Assembly (NCBI RefSeq): GCF_030028105.1
Contig: NC_092396.1
Location: 23,319,289 to 23,383,288, forward strand
Direction of reading: 5' to 3'
Length of the DNA stretch: 64,000 bases
Origin: Mobula birostris
Lineage: Eukaryota
Shown piece by piece: positions 12,573-25,178 of this stretch. The position numbers were made by a program, and so were the translations under genes. The notes under the pieces are model-generated. The model was not told the DNA's origin and did no database searches. It worked only from the letters and a program-made list of their open reading frames with translations. The number at the start of each line of letters is the position of its first letter. Position 1 is the stretch's first letter.

Positions 12573-13074
12573 AGTATTTTGCAGCAGGTAAATTTATTCA
12601 CAAAGATTGTTGCATTGGGCACCAAATCTTCAATTTCAAATGGTAATCATTGACAAGAATGATTTTAAAATACAGATCAGAAAAATCTTAAAGGGGTTAA
12701 AACAAACCCTAAAATCAGTTTATAAATGCTTAACTGCCCCTTTACATTTGAGGAAAATCCTTAAAGTTCCCTAGTTGTTAACAACTGGGGATTTCTATGC
12801 ATTTGCTCCAACGAAGCAGTGAATGAAAACAACTCCATAATCGCTTCAAGGTAAGGCAAGTTTATCTGTGAATGGAATCATTGCAGTGCAGCATTCAGAT
12901 TAAACAGAATTGTGTTTACCAGACTTGGAAGGAAAGATGGATCAATAGGCAAGGAGAGGAGAATCCAGCTTTAGAAATCGGACCTGACTTAGCTTGCTGC
13001 TGCCTCCCTGATGCTGTTGTGAGCTGTGTTGTATAGCAGCGTTCTCCTTCTCACTGTGAACTAAAGTTTTAGAA

Positions 13075-13651
13075 ATGAGACTTTATAAGGCATCGGTCTG
13101 AGTGCATTTGGAGTATTGTGAGCAATTTTGATATCCTTTCCTAAGAAGGCATGTGTCGGCATTGGAGAGGGTCCTGACGAGGTTCACAAGAAAGATGGCA
13201 GGGATGAGAGGGTTAACGTATGAGGAGCAGCTAACTGGCTCTGGACCTGTATTCGCCAGAGTTTAGAAGACTGCAGGAGGATCTTACTGAGATCTATTGA
13301 ATGCCGAAAGGCTTAGATATGGTGGAAGTGGAGACAATGCTTCCAGTAGCAAGAGGATCTAGGACCAGAGGGCACAACCTCAGAATACAAGGCCACCCTT
13401 TAGAACGGAGATGGGGAGGAACTTCTGCAGCCAGACAGTGATGGACCTGTGGAATTCCCTGCAGAGACAGTCGTGGAGGCCAAGTCATTGGGTATATTTA
13501 AAGTGGAGCTTGATATGTTCTTGATTAGGGGTGTTAAGGGTGATGAGGAGAAGGCAGGAGGATGGGGTTGAGAAGGATAGTAAATCAGCCATGGTGGAGT
13601 GGCACAGCAGACTTGATGGCCAAATAGCCTAATTCTGCTCTTATATCTTAT
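13075..13651 (+). mobile_element. CR1 LINE 3' end
   Basis: LYKASV..HLEYCEQF-like and RTRGHNLRI motifs; CR1 tail. Confidence 0.85.
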
Positions 13652-14355
13652 TGAATTGAATTGACTTTATTTCTTACATCTTTCACATACATGAGGAGCA
13701 AAAATCTTTACATTACGTCTCCATCTAAATGTGCAATGTGCAATCATAGTAATTTATAATAATTTATAATAAATGGAACAGTCACTGTAACATAGAAATA
13801 CACTCAAATCACCGTGAATTAATCAGTCTGATGGCCTGGTGGAAGAAGCTGTCCCGGAGCCTGTTGGTCCTGGCTTTTATGCTGTGGTACCGTTTCCCAG
13901 ATGGTAGCAGCTGGAATAGATTGTGGTTGGGGTGACTTGGGTCCCCAATGATCCTATACACCTGTCTTTGTAAATGCCCTGAATCATGGGAAGTTCACAA
14001 CTACAGGTGCGCTGGGCTGTCCGCACCACTCTCTGCAGAGTCCTGCGATTGAGGGAAGTACAGTTCTCATACCAGGCAGTGATGCAGCCAGTCAGGATGC
14101 TCTCAATTGTGCCCCTGTAGAAAGTTCTTAGGATTTGGGAGCCCATACCAAACTTCCTCAACTGTCTGAGGTGAAAGCGGTGCTGTTGTGCCTTTTTCAC
14201 CACACAGCTGGTGTGTACAGACAACGTGAGATCCTTGGTGATGTTTATGCCGAGGAATTTAAAGCTGTTCACTCTCTCAACCCCAGATCCATTGATGTCA
14301 ATAGGGGTTACCCCGTCGCCGCTCCTCCTGTAATCCACAACCAGCTCCTTTGTTT
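13652..14355 (-). mobile_element. Young Rex1/Babar LINE 3' end inserted in the CR1 tail
   Basis: ORF 13877-14338 VERVNSFKFLG...FYRGTIESILTGCITAWY; (ATTCA)n tail. Confidence 0.9.
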
Positions 14356-15799
14356 TTATTTATGGTCTAACTAGTGAGTTGTAAGGTATAATTAATTTGT
14401 ATTATGTACTGTAGGTACCTGCGTTATCCAGATTGGACAAAGCCTGGTTTCTTGGCAATTTAGATCCTTGCATGTGAGCTGTCTGGTGATGAGAAGGTTT
14501 ACTTGTTCTTTAAATTGTTCTGTGGAATCTTTCACATCCACCTGAATAAAAGTCAGATTAATATTTTAACGAAAAGACAAAACATCTGGTATTACAACAC
14601 TCCTTCGGTGTTTTTGGTGAACTTGATTCAAGTCATCCTAAAAGGTGAATGGTCATTGAATTAAACGAAGTGCAATTAGTTACGATCAATGTTCTCTCTA
14701 ATTTGTAATGACCAGTGTACGCAAAAATCTTGTGCTGTGCAATTTGTTGCCCAGTGACAACAACGTGTGCGCACTCAGTTTTTAACTGGAAGTAAACCTG
14801 ATGCTATTCTAAGGATAATAAACTACCAAATCCAGTTTGTTGTTCATTGTTTAAAAGGAATAAAATAACTGTCCATGAGAACTTAGATCTCCTCTGAGTT
14901 TGATTGTTTCTGCTTTCGTTTATCTGCACTTCCACAAAACGTACGTAGCAGGGCTGTAGCGGGTAATGAAGGATTTTCTTGCCGGAGTTTTTGCACACGG
15001 TCCATATGTGATTTGCTTGTTAAATGATGCTTTAAAAAGTCAAGTTTCCAAATATCATGTGCACACTTTAGCGGGAACATTGGTTATGATCTACCAACAA
15101 TAGATATTAATAATATGGAATAGGAGAAATGAGCAAATGCAATTGAACCCGCTCTGTTTGTTCCACTACTTACACCAGGTTCTGTCAGAACGAACATTCT
15201 AATTGCTAAAATGCTAACACTAAAATTCAGATTTCAATTTAAGTGTTTCGATAACTCGGTATGATGCTCATGTTTCAAGTTTGGACTCAGAAGTATTGCT
15301 CAATATTTGTTCATTTCCATCATCTATGTTTATTTTTTTAAAATCTTATTGAGATTTCCAACATTATTGGAAAGGCCAATAACGTTACATCCCTTATTTA
15401 CCATGTCTATAGAAACTAATGCGGTATTAAATAATAATCTGGAGGGATTGTGGTTTTAATTCTTTAATCAAGGACAATTGAATAAGAAGTGAACAACAGA
15501 TAGAATATCAAAGGTCATACCAGGAGTCCAACAGTACTCATTATGGTTCAGTTCAGCGGAGTGTTGCTAATCCACTGCTGGGCGCAGGGCCATTTTTCGC
15601 CACATCAAGCCACTCCAAAGCAGCAAATAAGAAGGGTAACCCAGAATCCAGGAACACATGCAACATGAACTACAAAGTCCCCCAAAACGAGTCCACAGCC
15701 TCACTGACTAATACTTGCTACATGGTATTGACAAAACTTTCCATTATTTTCTCAATTTATCTAATTTAGAAAGATAATTTGCATTTTCATCCCTTAATT

Positions 15800-16422
15800 T
15801 ATCATTTAAATGGAATGAGACTATAAAATATTGCAGTACAAAGGAATCAGGCCCCTTGTGCATGAAACATCAAAAGTTAGCATGGAGGTACAACAAGGAA
15901 CTAAAGAAGGCTAATGGAATGTGTATCGCAAGGGTAATGGAGTATAAAGGTAGGGAAGTTTTCATGAAACTGTATGGAGTATGCCAAATCACTGGAGGCA
16001 GTGCAGACAATATTCCTGGGTTGAAGGGCTGTTGTGTAAAGAAAGGTTCGGCCTGTGTTAGAGAATGGATGTAGGACGTATGAAGATATCACTTGTAAGA
16101 TACTTAATGGGACTGAGAGAGCAGATACTAAGAGATAATTTCCTTAATGGAGGTACCCAGAACGAGTAGTATGGTTTCACAATAAGGTGTCAAGACGGTG
16201 ATATGGAGAAAATTTCTTCTCTTGGGGTGTTGAATCACTGGAATTCTTAATCCCAAAGAATTGATGGCAGAATCACTGAAGACAGGTTAACAGATTTTAA
16301 GGGAGTTGAGGGGAATGGGGAGGGGGGTAAATGGAGTTGAGGTCAAGCCAGGATCTTATTGAATGGCAAAGCATGTACGAGGGGCTGACTTGCCTGTTCT
16401 CTGTCCTCTTTCTTTTTCCCTG
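15800..16422 (+). mobile_element. Old CR1 3' fragment
   Basis: KKANGM..IARVMEYKGREV; CR1 3' end. Confidence 0.7.
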
Positions 16423-17564
16423 ATCAGTAGAGTGAGTGTTTTCCATCTGTATTCAGTACAACTGCGTGTCTGTGTGAGACTGACCGGCGGAGTACATTCC
16501 TCGGAATAAAGAGCGGAATGCAATGAATTGAACTCTTTAGTTCGTGCGATGACAGGAGGCAGACAAGGGATGCATAGCAGCCACAGAGCGGCAGGTTAGG
16601 GAAGGATGGATGATAACTGCATACCTTGGTGAAAGTATCAGTCACTCAAGACTCAGCAGCAGACAAGTTCTTATTAAGTAGCTCCTAACGGGTGTTAGGG
16701 TCCTGCTCTTCTCCCGCTCCGAAGCAGAGATGTCGGAAGGGAACGATGAAAGATTTCTGAAAGGCTGCTTGTAATGAAGATGTTTGAGCATTGTGCTCCA
16801 GCTGGCCTCTGCATTCCTTTTAACAAATGAGCCTTTTACCTGCACCCTCACCAACTCAGCCACGCAAACACACACCGCATGATGAGGACATAACCAGGCC
16901 GTATACTCTTCAGTCCTGCGATGTGCACATGGCCAACTGCTGGCAAATTAAGTTCATTTATCCAGCACAGTCCCTTCGTGTTTGTATAATTAATGTGTTA
17001 AATCCAACAGAATATCTTACATTTGTGTTGGATTCAAGTTTCTTTGACACTGACGTTGAAACTGATAGCTGCAGAATTAATTCTGGCAAGACAAAAACTT
17101 TGTGCCCTGTGACATATAGTTCTGCAAAGGCACAGCTTTGCGTATGCATGGATGCCCCAGCAAGTGGATCTCATGTTCCCTAGGAAATGAAGTGCTTTGT
17201 CTGCTGCTCAGTAGCTGCTTAAGCAAGACCTGATTGTAATAGAGAAGTCTTGTTCCACTTTGTAATAGAAACACCATCTGGAGTACTGCTAGTATGCACT
17301 GGATTTATTGGAGTACAAATGGAAAAGCATTTTCAGAAAGACACAACCTTATCTAAACAACATATAGAAAATAGTGAAATGGATTCCTTGTAGAGCTATT
17401 CCCAAGCACAGCTCCCCATTTGATCCTGGGTGTTCAATCTTTTCATTACAAACGACCGCTCCAAAATGATATCGTATTTGTAAGTAGGATGCTGTGCACA
17501 ATCCTGATTTGATGGAGACAGTCGTGAAAAGCACGGAGGAACGTCTGGAGAAACTTCTGAAATG

Positions 17565-18140
17565 CCCGCTTCGCCGCCGCTGCTACTGTGCAATCGAGAA
17601 TCTCCGGAGGGGAAGGCCCCAAATCCTCGGCTTTGCCTGTTGCCTGTTGCCTGTTGCCAGGGCCAGGATCGAAGCGCTTGGCAGAGATGGTGCTCAGTGC
17701 TCGGTGTCGGAGGGCTAGTCGGAGGCTGGAAGTTTTCGGATGGACTCAAGAGACGCCTGTGGTCGGGTGCTTCCAGGATGCTGCATCGGCAAGTTTGCGG
17801 CGCTGGAGGTTCATGGCAGGGAGAGAGTTTCTCTTCCTTCTACCATCTGCATGAGATGATGGGACTTTCGAGAGACTTTGAGACCTTTTTTTACCATGCC
17901 CATGGTCTGTTCTTCATCAAATTACAGTATTGCTTTGCACTGTTGTAACTATATGTTATAATTATGTGGCTTTTGTCAGTTTTTTTAGTCTTGGTTTGTC
18001 TTGTGTTTCTGTGATATCATTCTGGAGGAACAAATTGTATCATTTCTTAATGCATGCATTACCAAATGACAATAAAAGAGGACTGTGTGTCCTCATAATC
18101 TAGTCTAATCTAATCTACTCTAATCTAATCTAATCTAATC
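17565..18140 (+). mobile_element. LINE-tailed non-autonomous retroelement with (AATCT)n tail
   Basis: GC-rich body, aataaa, then aatct repeats ~18097-18140. Confidence 0.6.
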
Positions 18141-20160
18141 AAACACTTGCCATTTTCTACATCTTTACAATCACCAACTCCACTCCCGCCTTTACCCAAA
18201 AGTTTCTCACTTGTGCTTTGATTTATGTATGAATGTGACCTCTCAAGATCATTCAGTCTTCCCCAAACCAGAAGCCCTGGATGAACAATGAGATACACAA
18301 TCCTACAGAGAGTTAGGGAAGAGGATGAAGAACTGGACCTCCAAGGCAGTAATCTCTGGATTACTCCCAGAGCCATGTGCTAGTCAGGGCAGGATAGGAT
18401 GATGATACAGATGAACGTGTGGTCGAGGAAGTGGTGCAGGGAGCAGGGTTTCAGATTTCTGGATCACTGGGATCTCTTCTGGGGAAGATATGACCCGTAC
18501 AGAAAGAACGGGTTACACCTGAACCTGAGGGAGGCCAATATCTTTGCGGAAAGGTTTGCTTCAGCTGTTCGGAAGGGTTCAAACTAATTTGGCAGGGGAA
18601 TAGTAACTGGAATGATGGGGCTGAGGATGGAGCAGTTGTATACAACTAGGTGCAGTGTGGAGTGAGACTGCGAGGAAGGACAGGCAGATGATAGGGCGAA
18701 GTTGCAGTCAGTGGGTTGAGTTAAAGTGTAACATGGGGGCAAAGTTGAAAAGGATTAACGATTACAGGATGGAAGGTGTTATATTTGAATGGACAGAGGG
18801 TGCTATATTTGAATGGACACAGTAAACGGAATAAGGTAGATCACCTTGCAGTGCATTTCGAGATTGGCAGGTATGATGTTGTGGACTTCACCCAGACATG
18901 GCTGAAAGATCATAGTTGGGGTGTAACATCCAGAAATACACCTTGTATCGAAAGGACAGGCAGGTAGGCACAAGGGTTGGGGTGGCTCTATCAGAAAAAA
19001 ATGAAATCAAATCCTTAGGAAGAGTTGACATAGAATCAGAAGATGCAGAATCCTTGTGAGAAGAGTTAAGAATCCATAAGGGTAACAAGACCCTGATGAG
19101 AGTTATACGGTATACAGGCCCCCCAAACAGCCAGGAAGTGGGATAAATGTTTCAACAGGAAATAGAAAAGACACATAATAAAGGGAATGTTACAATAGCC
19201 TTGGGAGGTTTCAATATGCAGGTAAATTGGGAAAATTAGGTTGGTGCTGGATTCTGAAAATTTATAGAATGCCTATGAGATGACTTCTGCGCAGCCTGTG
19301 GTTGAGCCCGCTAGAAGAAAGGCAATTCTGGGTTGGGTGTTGTGTACTGAACCAGATTTGATTGGTTAGCTTAAGGTAAATGAACCCTTAGGAGGCAGTG
19401 ATCATAATATGATATAATTCACCCTGCAGTTTGAGGGGGAGAAGATAAAGCCAGAATTATTGGTGTTACAGTGGAGTAAAGAGGATTACAGAGGCATGAG
19501 CGAGGAGCTGGCCAAAGTTGACTGGAAGGGAACACTGACAGGGACGACGGCAGAACAGCAATGGCTGAAGTTTCTGGGGGCAATCAGAAAGCTGGGGTAG
19601 ATACATCCCAAAGATGAAGAAGCATTCTAAAGGGAGGATGGGGCAACCGTGGGTGACAATGGAAGTCAAAGACAGTATAAAAGCAAAAGAGAGGGTACTA
19701 TAATATAACAAAAATTAGTGGGAAGTTAGAGGATTGGGAAGCTTTTAAACACCAACAGAACCAACTAAACAAAACATAAGTGGAGAAGAGATAACATAAG
19801 CTAGACAAAAGTATCAAATGTAAGTTTTTTTTCAGATATATAAAGATTAAGAGAAAGGGAAAAGTGGATATTGGACTGCAGGAAAATGACGCTGGAGAGA
19901 TAGTAATGGAGAACAAAGAGACAGCAGACAAACTTAATAGTATTTTGCATCAGTCTTCACTGTGGAAGACACTAACAGTATGCCAGAAATTTGAGAACTT
20001 TGGCAGGTAGAAGAGAGTGTGGTTGCTATTACTAAGGAGAAGGTGCTTGGGAATCTGAAAGGTCTGAAAGTAGATGATTCACCTGGACCAGATGGACTGC
20101 ACCCCAGGGTTCTGAAATAGCTGGCTGGAGAGATTGTGGAGGCGTTAGTAATGATCTTTC

Positions 20161-20517
20161 AGGTGACCTGATAGAGGTGTACAAGATAATGAGAGGCATG
20201 GATCATGTGGATAGTCGGAGGCTTTTCCCCAGGGCTGAAATGGCTAACACGAGAGAACATAGTTTTAAGGTGCTTGGAAGAAGGCACAGAGGAGATGTCA
20301 GGGGTAAGTTTTTTACGCAGAGGGTGGTGAGTGTGTGGAATGGGCTGCTGGCAGAAATGATAGGGAACTTTAAGAGACTCCTGGATGACTACATGGAGCT
20401 TAGAAAAATAGAGGGCTATGGGTAAAGCCCAAGTAGATCTAAGGTAGGGACATGTTCAGCACGGTTTTGTGGGCCAAGGGGCCTGTATTGTGCTGTAGGT
20501 TTTCTATGTTCTATGTT
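20161..20517 (+). mobile_element. Younger CR1 3' fragment nested in CR1
   Basis: TSD TCTTTC; (CTATGTT) tail; YKIMRGMD..TREHSFKV. Confidence 0.85.
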
Positions 20518-21051
20518 TCTTTCAAGAATCTCTAGATTCTGGAATGGCTCTGAAGGACTAGAAAATTGCAAATGTCACTCCAGTCTTTAAGAAGGGAGGG
20601 AGGCAGAAGGAATGTGACGAATACTGACTCAGTGGTCGTTAAGATGTTGGAGTCCCATAAGAAAAGTGAGATTTTGGGGTTACTTGGAGGCACTTGATAA
20701 AGTAGGCCAAAGTCAGCATGCTTTCCTCAAGGGGAAATCCTGCCTGACAAATCTGTTGGAATGCTGTGAAGAAATAACAGGCAGGATAGACAAAGGAGAG
20801 TCAGAGGATGCCTTTTACTTGGATTTTCAGTAGGCCTTCGACAAGGTGCCGCACATGACGCTGCTTAACATGGTGTTACAGGAAAGATACCGGCATAGAT
20901 AAAATATTGGCTGACTGACAGGAGGCAAAGAGTGGGAATAAGGGGGTCTATCCTGGCTGGCTGCTGGGGGCAAGTAGGGGTCAGTGTTCTTATCACATTA
21001 TATGTCAATGATTTGGAATTAAAGGTTTTGTGGCCAAGTTCACAAACAATA

Positions 21052-21470
21052 GGTAGATTGATAGATTGATAGATAGATAGATAGATATACTTTATTAATC
21101 CCGAGGGAAATTTGGTTTCGTTACAGCCGCACCAACCAAGAATAGAGCGTAAATATAGCAATACAAAAACCACAAACAATCAAACAACAAAATGCAAACT
21201 ATGCCAGATGGAAAATAAGTCCAGGACCAGTCTATTGGCTCAGGGTGTCTGACCCTCCACGGGAGGAGCTGCACGTTCAATGGCCACAGGCAGGAACGAC
21301 CTCCCGTGCCGCCAAGTGTTGTATCACGGTGGAATGTGGCCGAAATCCAACAGTAAAAAGTTCAATATCCAGTCTGCAAACACGTTCCTCGATTGAAATA
21401 TGCCCCGGATTGCACCATCCGTTGTTAGCCAGAACAGTAAGCACCCAACTCCTTTACGCTTACCGCTCTT
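21052..21470 (-). mobile_element. Rex-type LINE 3' end with (TATC)n tail, nested in CR1
   Basis: gata repeats 21055-21086; short AATA duplication. Confidence 0.7.
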
Positions 21471-22011
21471 AATACAAAGCTAGGTGAAGGTGTTAGTAGT
21501 GCTGAGGAATCAAGGTGTCTGCAGAACCACATAGACAGATTGGGAGAATGGCCAAAGAAATGGCAGATGGAACATAGTGTAGGGAAATGCATGGTCATAC
21601 ACTTTATAGAAGGACTAAAAGTGTAGACTATTTTCTAAATAGGGAGAAAATTCAAAAACCAGAGCTGCAAAGAGACTTGTGCAGGATTCCCTAAAGGTTA
21701 ATGTACTGGTTGAGCTGGTAGTGAGGAAGGCAAATGCAATGGTAGCATTCATTTTGAGAGGGCTAGAATTTAAGAGGAAGGATGTGATGCTGAGGCTTTA
21801 AAAGGCCTTGGTCAGAGTAGACTTGGGATATTCTGAGCAGTTTTGGGCTCCATATCTAAGAACAGATGTGCAGATATCGGAGAGGGTCCAAAGGAGGTTC
21901 ACAAGAATTATTCCAGGAATGGAAAGGTTAATGTATGAGGAGCATTCGGTGGCTCTGGGCCTGTACTCGCTGGAGTTCAGAAGAACGAGAAGGGGGGATC
22001 TCACTGAAACC

Positions 22012-22581
22012 CAGACATCCCACCCTGCAAAAACTCATTTCAGGGAGGTAGCATCATCAATTTGCGGGAGACTTCCAGGAGAGGTGGGATGTCTGCAATA
22101 GAGTAGCTCCTTAGCAGCCGGCCAGCTAGTTTAAATAACGTTAGCTACGCTAATGAACGAATGACACCTGTTAAACTCACCTCAACATGTCTTTTACATT
22201 TTAACGCACCATGGGCAATAGAAAACTCACTGTTGCAAACAGTGCAGCGAGCAACCCTGTCATTATTTTTTACCCCTATTAGGCAGGGGTACACTTGAGG
22301 GTAGTCTGGGGTGACGTACGTTTCATATTTTCTTTTTTTGGAACATTCTGCCATGGCGCGCGCTCTCTCTCACTTGCGTACTCTGTCTCTCATGGTTGCT
22401 TTCGCGCTCACTTTCTCTCTCACGCTCGCTCTCGTGGTCGCTTTCTCTTACTTTCTCTCTCACACTCGCTCCCTCTCCAAAAAATTGATTTCCGGGACAT
22501 TGTATATAATTTGCGGGCATCAGGGATCCACTATTAATATACAGGAGACTCCCGGAACTTCCAGGAGAGGTGGGATGTCTG
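22012..22581 (-). mobile_element. hAT-family non-autonomous element carrying a BED-type zinc-finger exon remnant
   Basis: TIR CAGACATCCCAC/GTGGGATGTCTG; perfect 6-bp TSD GAAACC (22006-11, 22582-87); ORF ARCTVCNSEFSIAHGALKCKRHVE|gtgagt. Confidence 0.75.
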
Positions 22582-22819
22582 GAAACCTATTAAATATTGA
22601 AAGGTCCAGACAGAGTGGATGTGAGGAGGATGTTTCCTATAGTGAGTTAGTCCAGGACTAGACTCAGAATAGCCTCACAGCCTCAGGATAGAGTTGTCAT
22701 CCATTAAGAACAGAGATGAGGAGGAATTTCTTTAGCAAAGGATGGTGAATCTATGGAATTCATCACTACAGGTGACTGTGAGAGCCCAGTCAGTGGGCAT
22801 ATCTAAAGCAGAATGCTAT

Positions 22820-22990
22820 TAAGACAAGGTTGGGTAGATTTTTGCATAGTAGGGGAAATACGGGTTACAGGGAAAAGGCAGGAAGGTGGAGATGAGCCCA
22901 TGGTCAGATCAGCCATGATATTATTGAATGGTGGAGCAGGCTCCACAGGCCAGATGGCCGACTCCTGCTCCTATTTCTTATGTTCTTATG
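22820..22990 (+). mobile_element. Short CR1 3' end at the position expected for the Gypsy 3' LTR
   Basis: ctcctgctcctatttcttatgttcttatg tail. Confidence 0.8.
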
Positions 22991-23272
22991 CTTTGTTTTA
23001 TAATTCCAGACTCCAATTCAATATAGAATGTACCTCAACCATATACACAATTTACTATATAATAAGACTACTACACAGCCATCCACAACGTAGTCAATTT
23101 TAACTTGACCCATTCAGGCCTAAGGATTTAATCGCTGTGTAAGATTTCTTACTCTTGTGGGATAATGTCTTTCCTGACAATGGAGATCACTCTGCTTGGC
23201 AGGTGAGACTTGTGGCCATGGAAACGATCTGAAGCCTCCTCCATGATGTGTGTAGGAGTTGACCCTGAGACT

Positions 23273-23742
23273 GCAGGGGCACAATTGAGAGCATCCTGAC
23301 TGGCTGCATCACTGCCTGGTATGGGAACTGTACTTCCCTCGATCTCAGGACTCTGCAGAGAGTGGTGTGGACAGCCCAGTGCATCTGTGGGTGTGATCTT
23401 CCCACTATTCAGGACATTTACAAAGACAGGTGTGTAAAAAGGGCCCGAAGGATCATTGGGGACCCCAGTCACCCCAACCACAAACTGTTCTTGCTGCTAC
23501 CATCCGGGAAATGGTACTGCAGCATAAAAGCCAGGACCAACAGGCTCCGGGACAGCTTCTTCCACCAGGCCATCAGACTGATTAATTCATGCTGATACAA
23601 TTGTATTTCTATGTTATATTGACTAGCCTGTTGTACATACTATTTATTATATATTACTATAAATTGCACATTTAGACGGAGACGTAATGTAAAGATTTTT
23701 ACTCCATGTGTATGAAGGATGTAAGTAATAAAGTCATTTCAA
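23273..23742 (+). mobile_element. Young Rex1/Babar 3' end (same family as 13652-14355)
   Basis: GTIESILTGCITAWYG...RLRDSFFHQAIRLINS. Confidence 0.9.
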
Positions 23743-23755
23743 GAATTTAAATGGT

Positions 23756-25178
23756 TCTCTCAGCTCTGGGATCTGTTTTGATCCTTGCCTCTCTCCCGGT
23801 CGCGGCTTCTTTCCTTCTCTTTATCTCGCTCCTTTTCTTTTCACATTCCGTCTCTCTTTCTGAATTCCGGTTAAGATGGCAGCAATGAACACAGACAACA
23901 ACTCTCTGGTAGTTAAAAAGCCAAGAAATCTGACTAAAAACATCAATAAAAATACCTTCACTGACATAAATTGTGTTAAATTATCGCGGCAAGCAGCGAA
24001 GGGGTGAGCAATAGCAAGGTGAGTTTGGGGGACGAGCTGAGATGGCGTGTTGCACAATCGTTCCGATGCCCGTACAGCTGGCCTGGGAGTGACGTTAGAT
24101 CACTCTGGGAGCCGAAAGGAGAAGTTGAGGCCCAGGCAGAGGAGATTCAATTTTGATGGCTGAACAACCGGCCCGGATGCAAATTTGGATCGATCTGGGC
24201 ACCGAGCTGATTTGAAGATATTGAGAGCTGCTACGGGCTTGGCAGTGAAATCTGGGCCAGGAGCGAGTCGCTGGGCGGTGTGGTCTGGGTTCTGAGACTT
24301 TCGCTGCAGTGGTGCCCAGGTCCTAGTGTGAGGTACGATTTGCTGTTTAGACGATTTAAACACCAGCCAGGTTGGAGGCGAGAGCTGATTTTGCTCACTT
24401 TCCACAATGGTCACCCCTCTCCCCACGGTGCTAAGGCTATGAAGACAGCACCCGGCTGCTGTGCTCAGTGGCGCAAATATAATGAACTGATAAGTGAGCC
24501 TTTGGGCCTACTCTGGGTTCTTTCAGGTTTCTTGCTTTGTGGCTACCTGTGAGCAAGCAAATCTCAGGGTTGTATAATTTATACTTTCTTTCCTAATAAT
24601 TGTACTTGAATCTTGAATCTTTCACTCCTTTCTCTTTCCCACTCACATTCTTTATCTCTATCTCTTCTCTCAATTTCTACAACTTGCCTTTCTTTTTCTT
24701 CTTCAAGCTTCTTGTGAGTATCGGGGAAATTGCTGATTTATTGAGAAATTTGGTCTTGTTTGTCCTCTTCCATTTCCATAGCACTCATGCCATCTTCCTC
24801 TTTCTTTTCCTTTTTTCTTCTTTCTAGTTTGTCCATCTTGATGTTGGGGAGGTACATTTGGTTCACTGGAGTACTCTCTTATTAATCCTTCTATTGTTCC
24901 CTTTATGATTTGACCTCTGCTCTTGGTTTTCTCATCCACAGCATCATCTGATGAATCCTCTGTTTTTGTATCTCCATTGACTCCTTTCCTTTTGACCTTC
25001 CATTCATCCGGCTGGGCTTTGGTCTTTGCATCTACTTTTTTAAGCAGCTTTTTGTCTTCCATTTGAAGTTCATGCAAAAGCGTTAAGGAACACAGAGTAG
25101 ATCCTGATTGTTAATGCTCACAAAAGCTTGCAACTTTCCCGAAGCTCTTTGAACTCTCTTCCAGCTTAAAATCAAGCC
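23756..25178 (-). pseudogene. RBM25: Processed RBM25 fragment (second half of RRM to RE/RD-rich region), interrupted by an insertion at 23861-24617
   Basis: GLILSWKRVQRASGKLQAF/CEH*QSGSTLCSLTLLHELQMEDKKLLKKVDAKTKAQPDEWK...IKGTIEGLIREYSSE...MEMEEDKQDQISQ*ISNFPDTHKKLEEEK...KERSRDRERGKDQNRSQS versus recalled human GLVLSWKRVQGASGKLQAFGFCEYKEPESTLRALRLLHDLQIGEKKLLVKVDAKTKAQLDEWK; no introns; stops and frameshifts. Confidence 0.92.
23861..24617 (+). mobile_element. Non-autonomous LINE-tailed retroelement inserted into the RBM25 copy
   Basis: 5' ttccggttaagatggc; (TTGAATC)n tail; TSD TCTTTC at 23855-60 and 24618-23. Confidence 0.8.

Larger units (their letters stand above)
18330..22812 (+). mobile_element. 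Near full-length decayed CR1 (ORF1 esterase-like part, APE, RT); its 3' end resumes at 26551-26700
   Basis: WCREQGFRFLDHWDLFWGRYD..DGLHLN, YLNGHS..ETW-like and RT motifs; atctaaagcaga...gtttgataggttcttg joins across the Gypsy insertion. Confidence 0.85.

Noticed and set aside
16642-17277. Overlapping 60-118 aa ORFs
   Set aside because: No protein motifs or convincing splice-site pairs; consistent with chance ORFs.
24703-25077. 124-aa ORF as a functional RBM25 exon or Gag-RBM25 fusion
   Set aside because: Flanked by stops and frameshifts, joined out of frame to the protease, and gag itself is disrupted.
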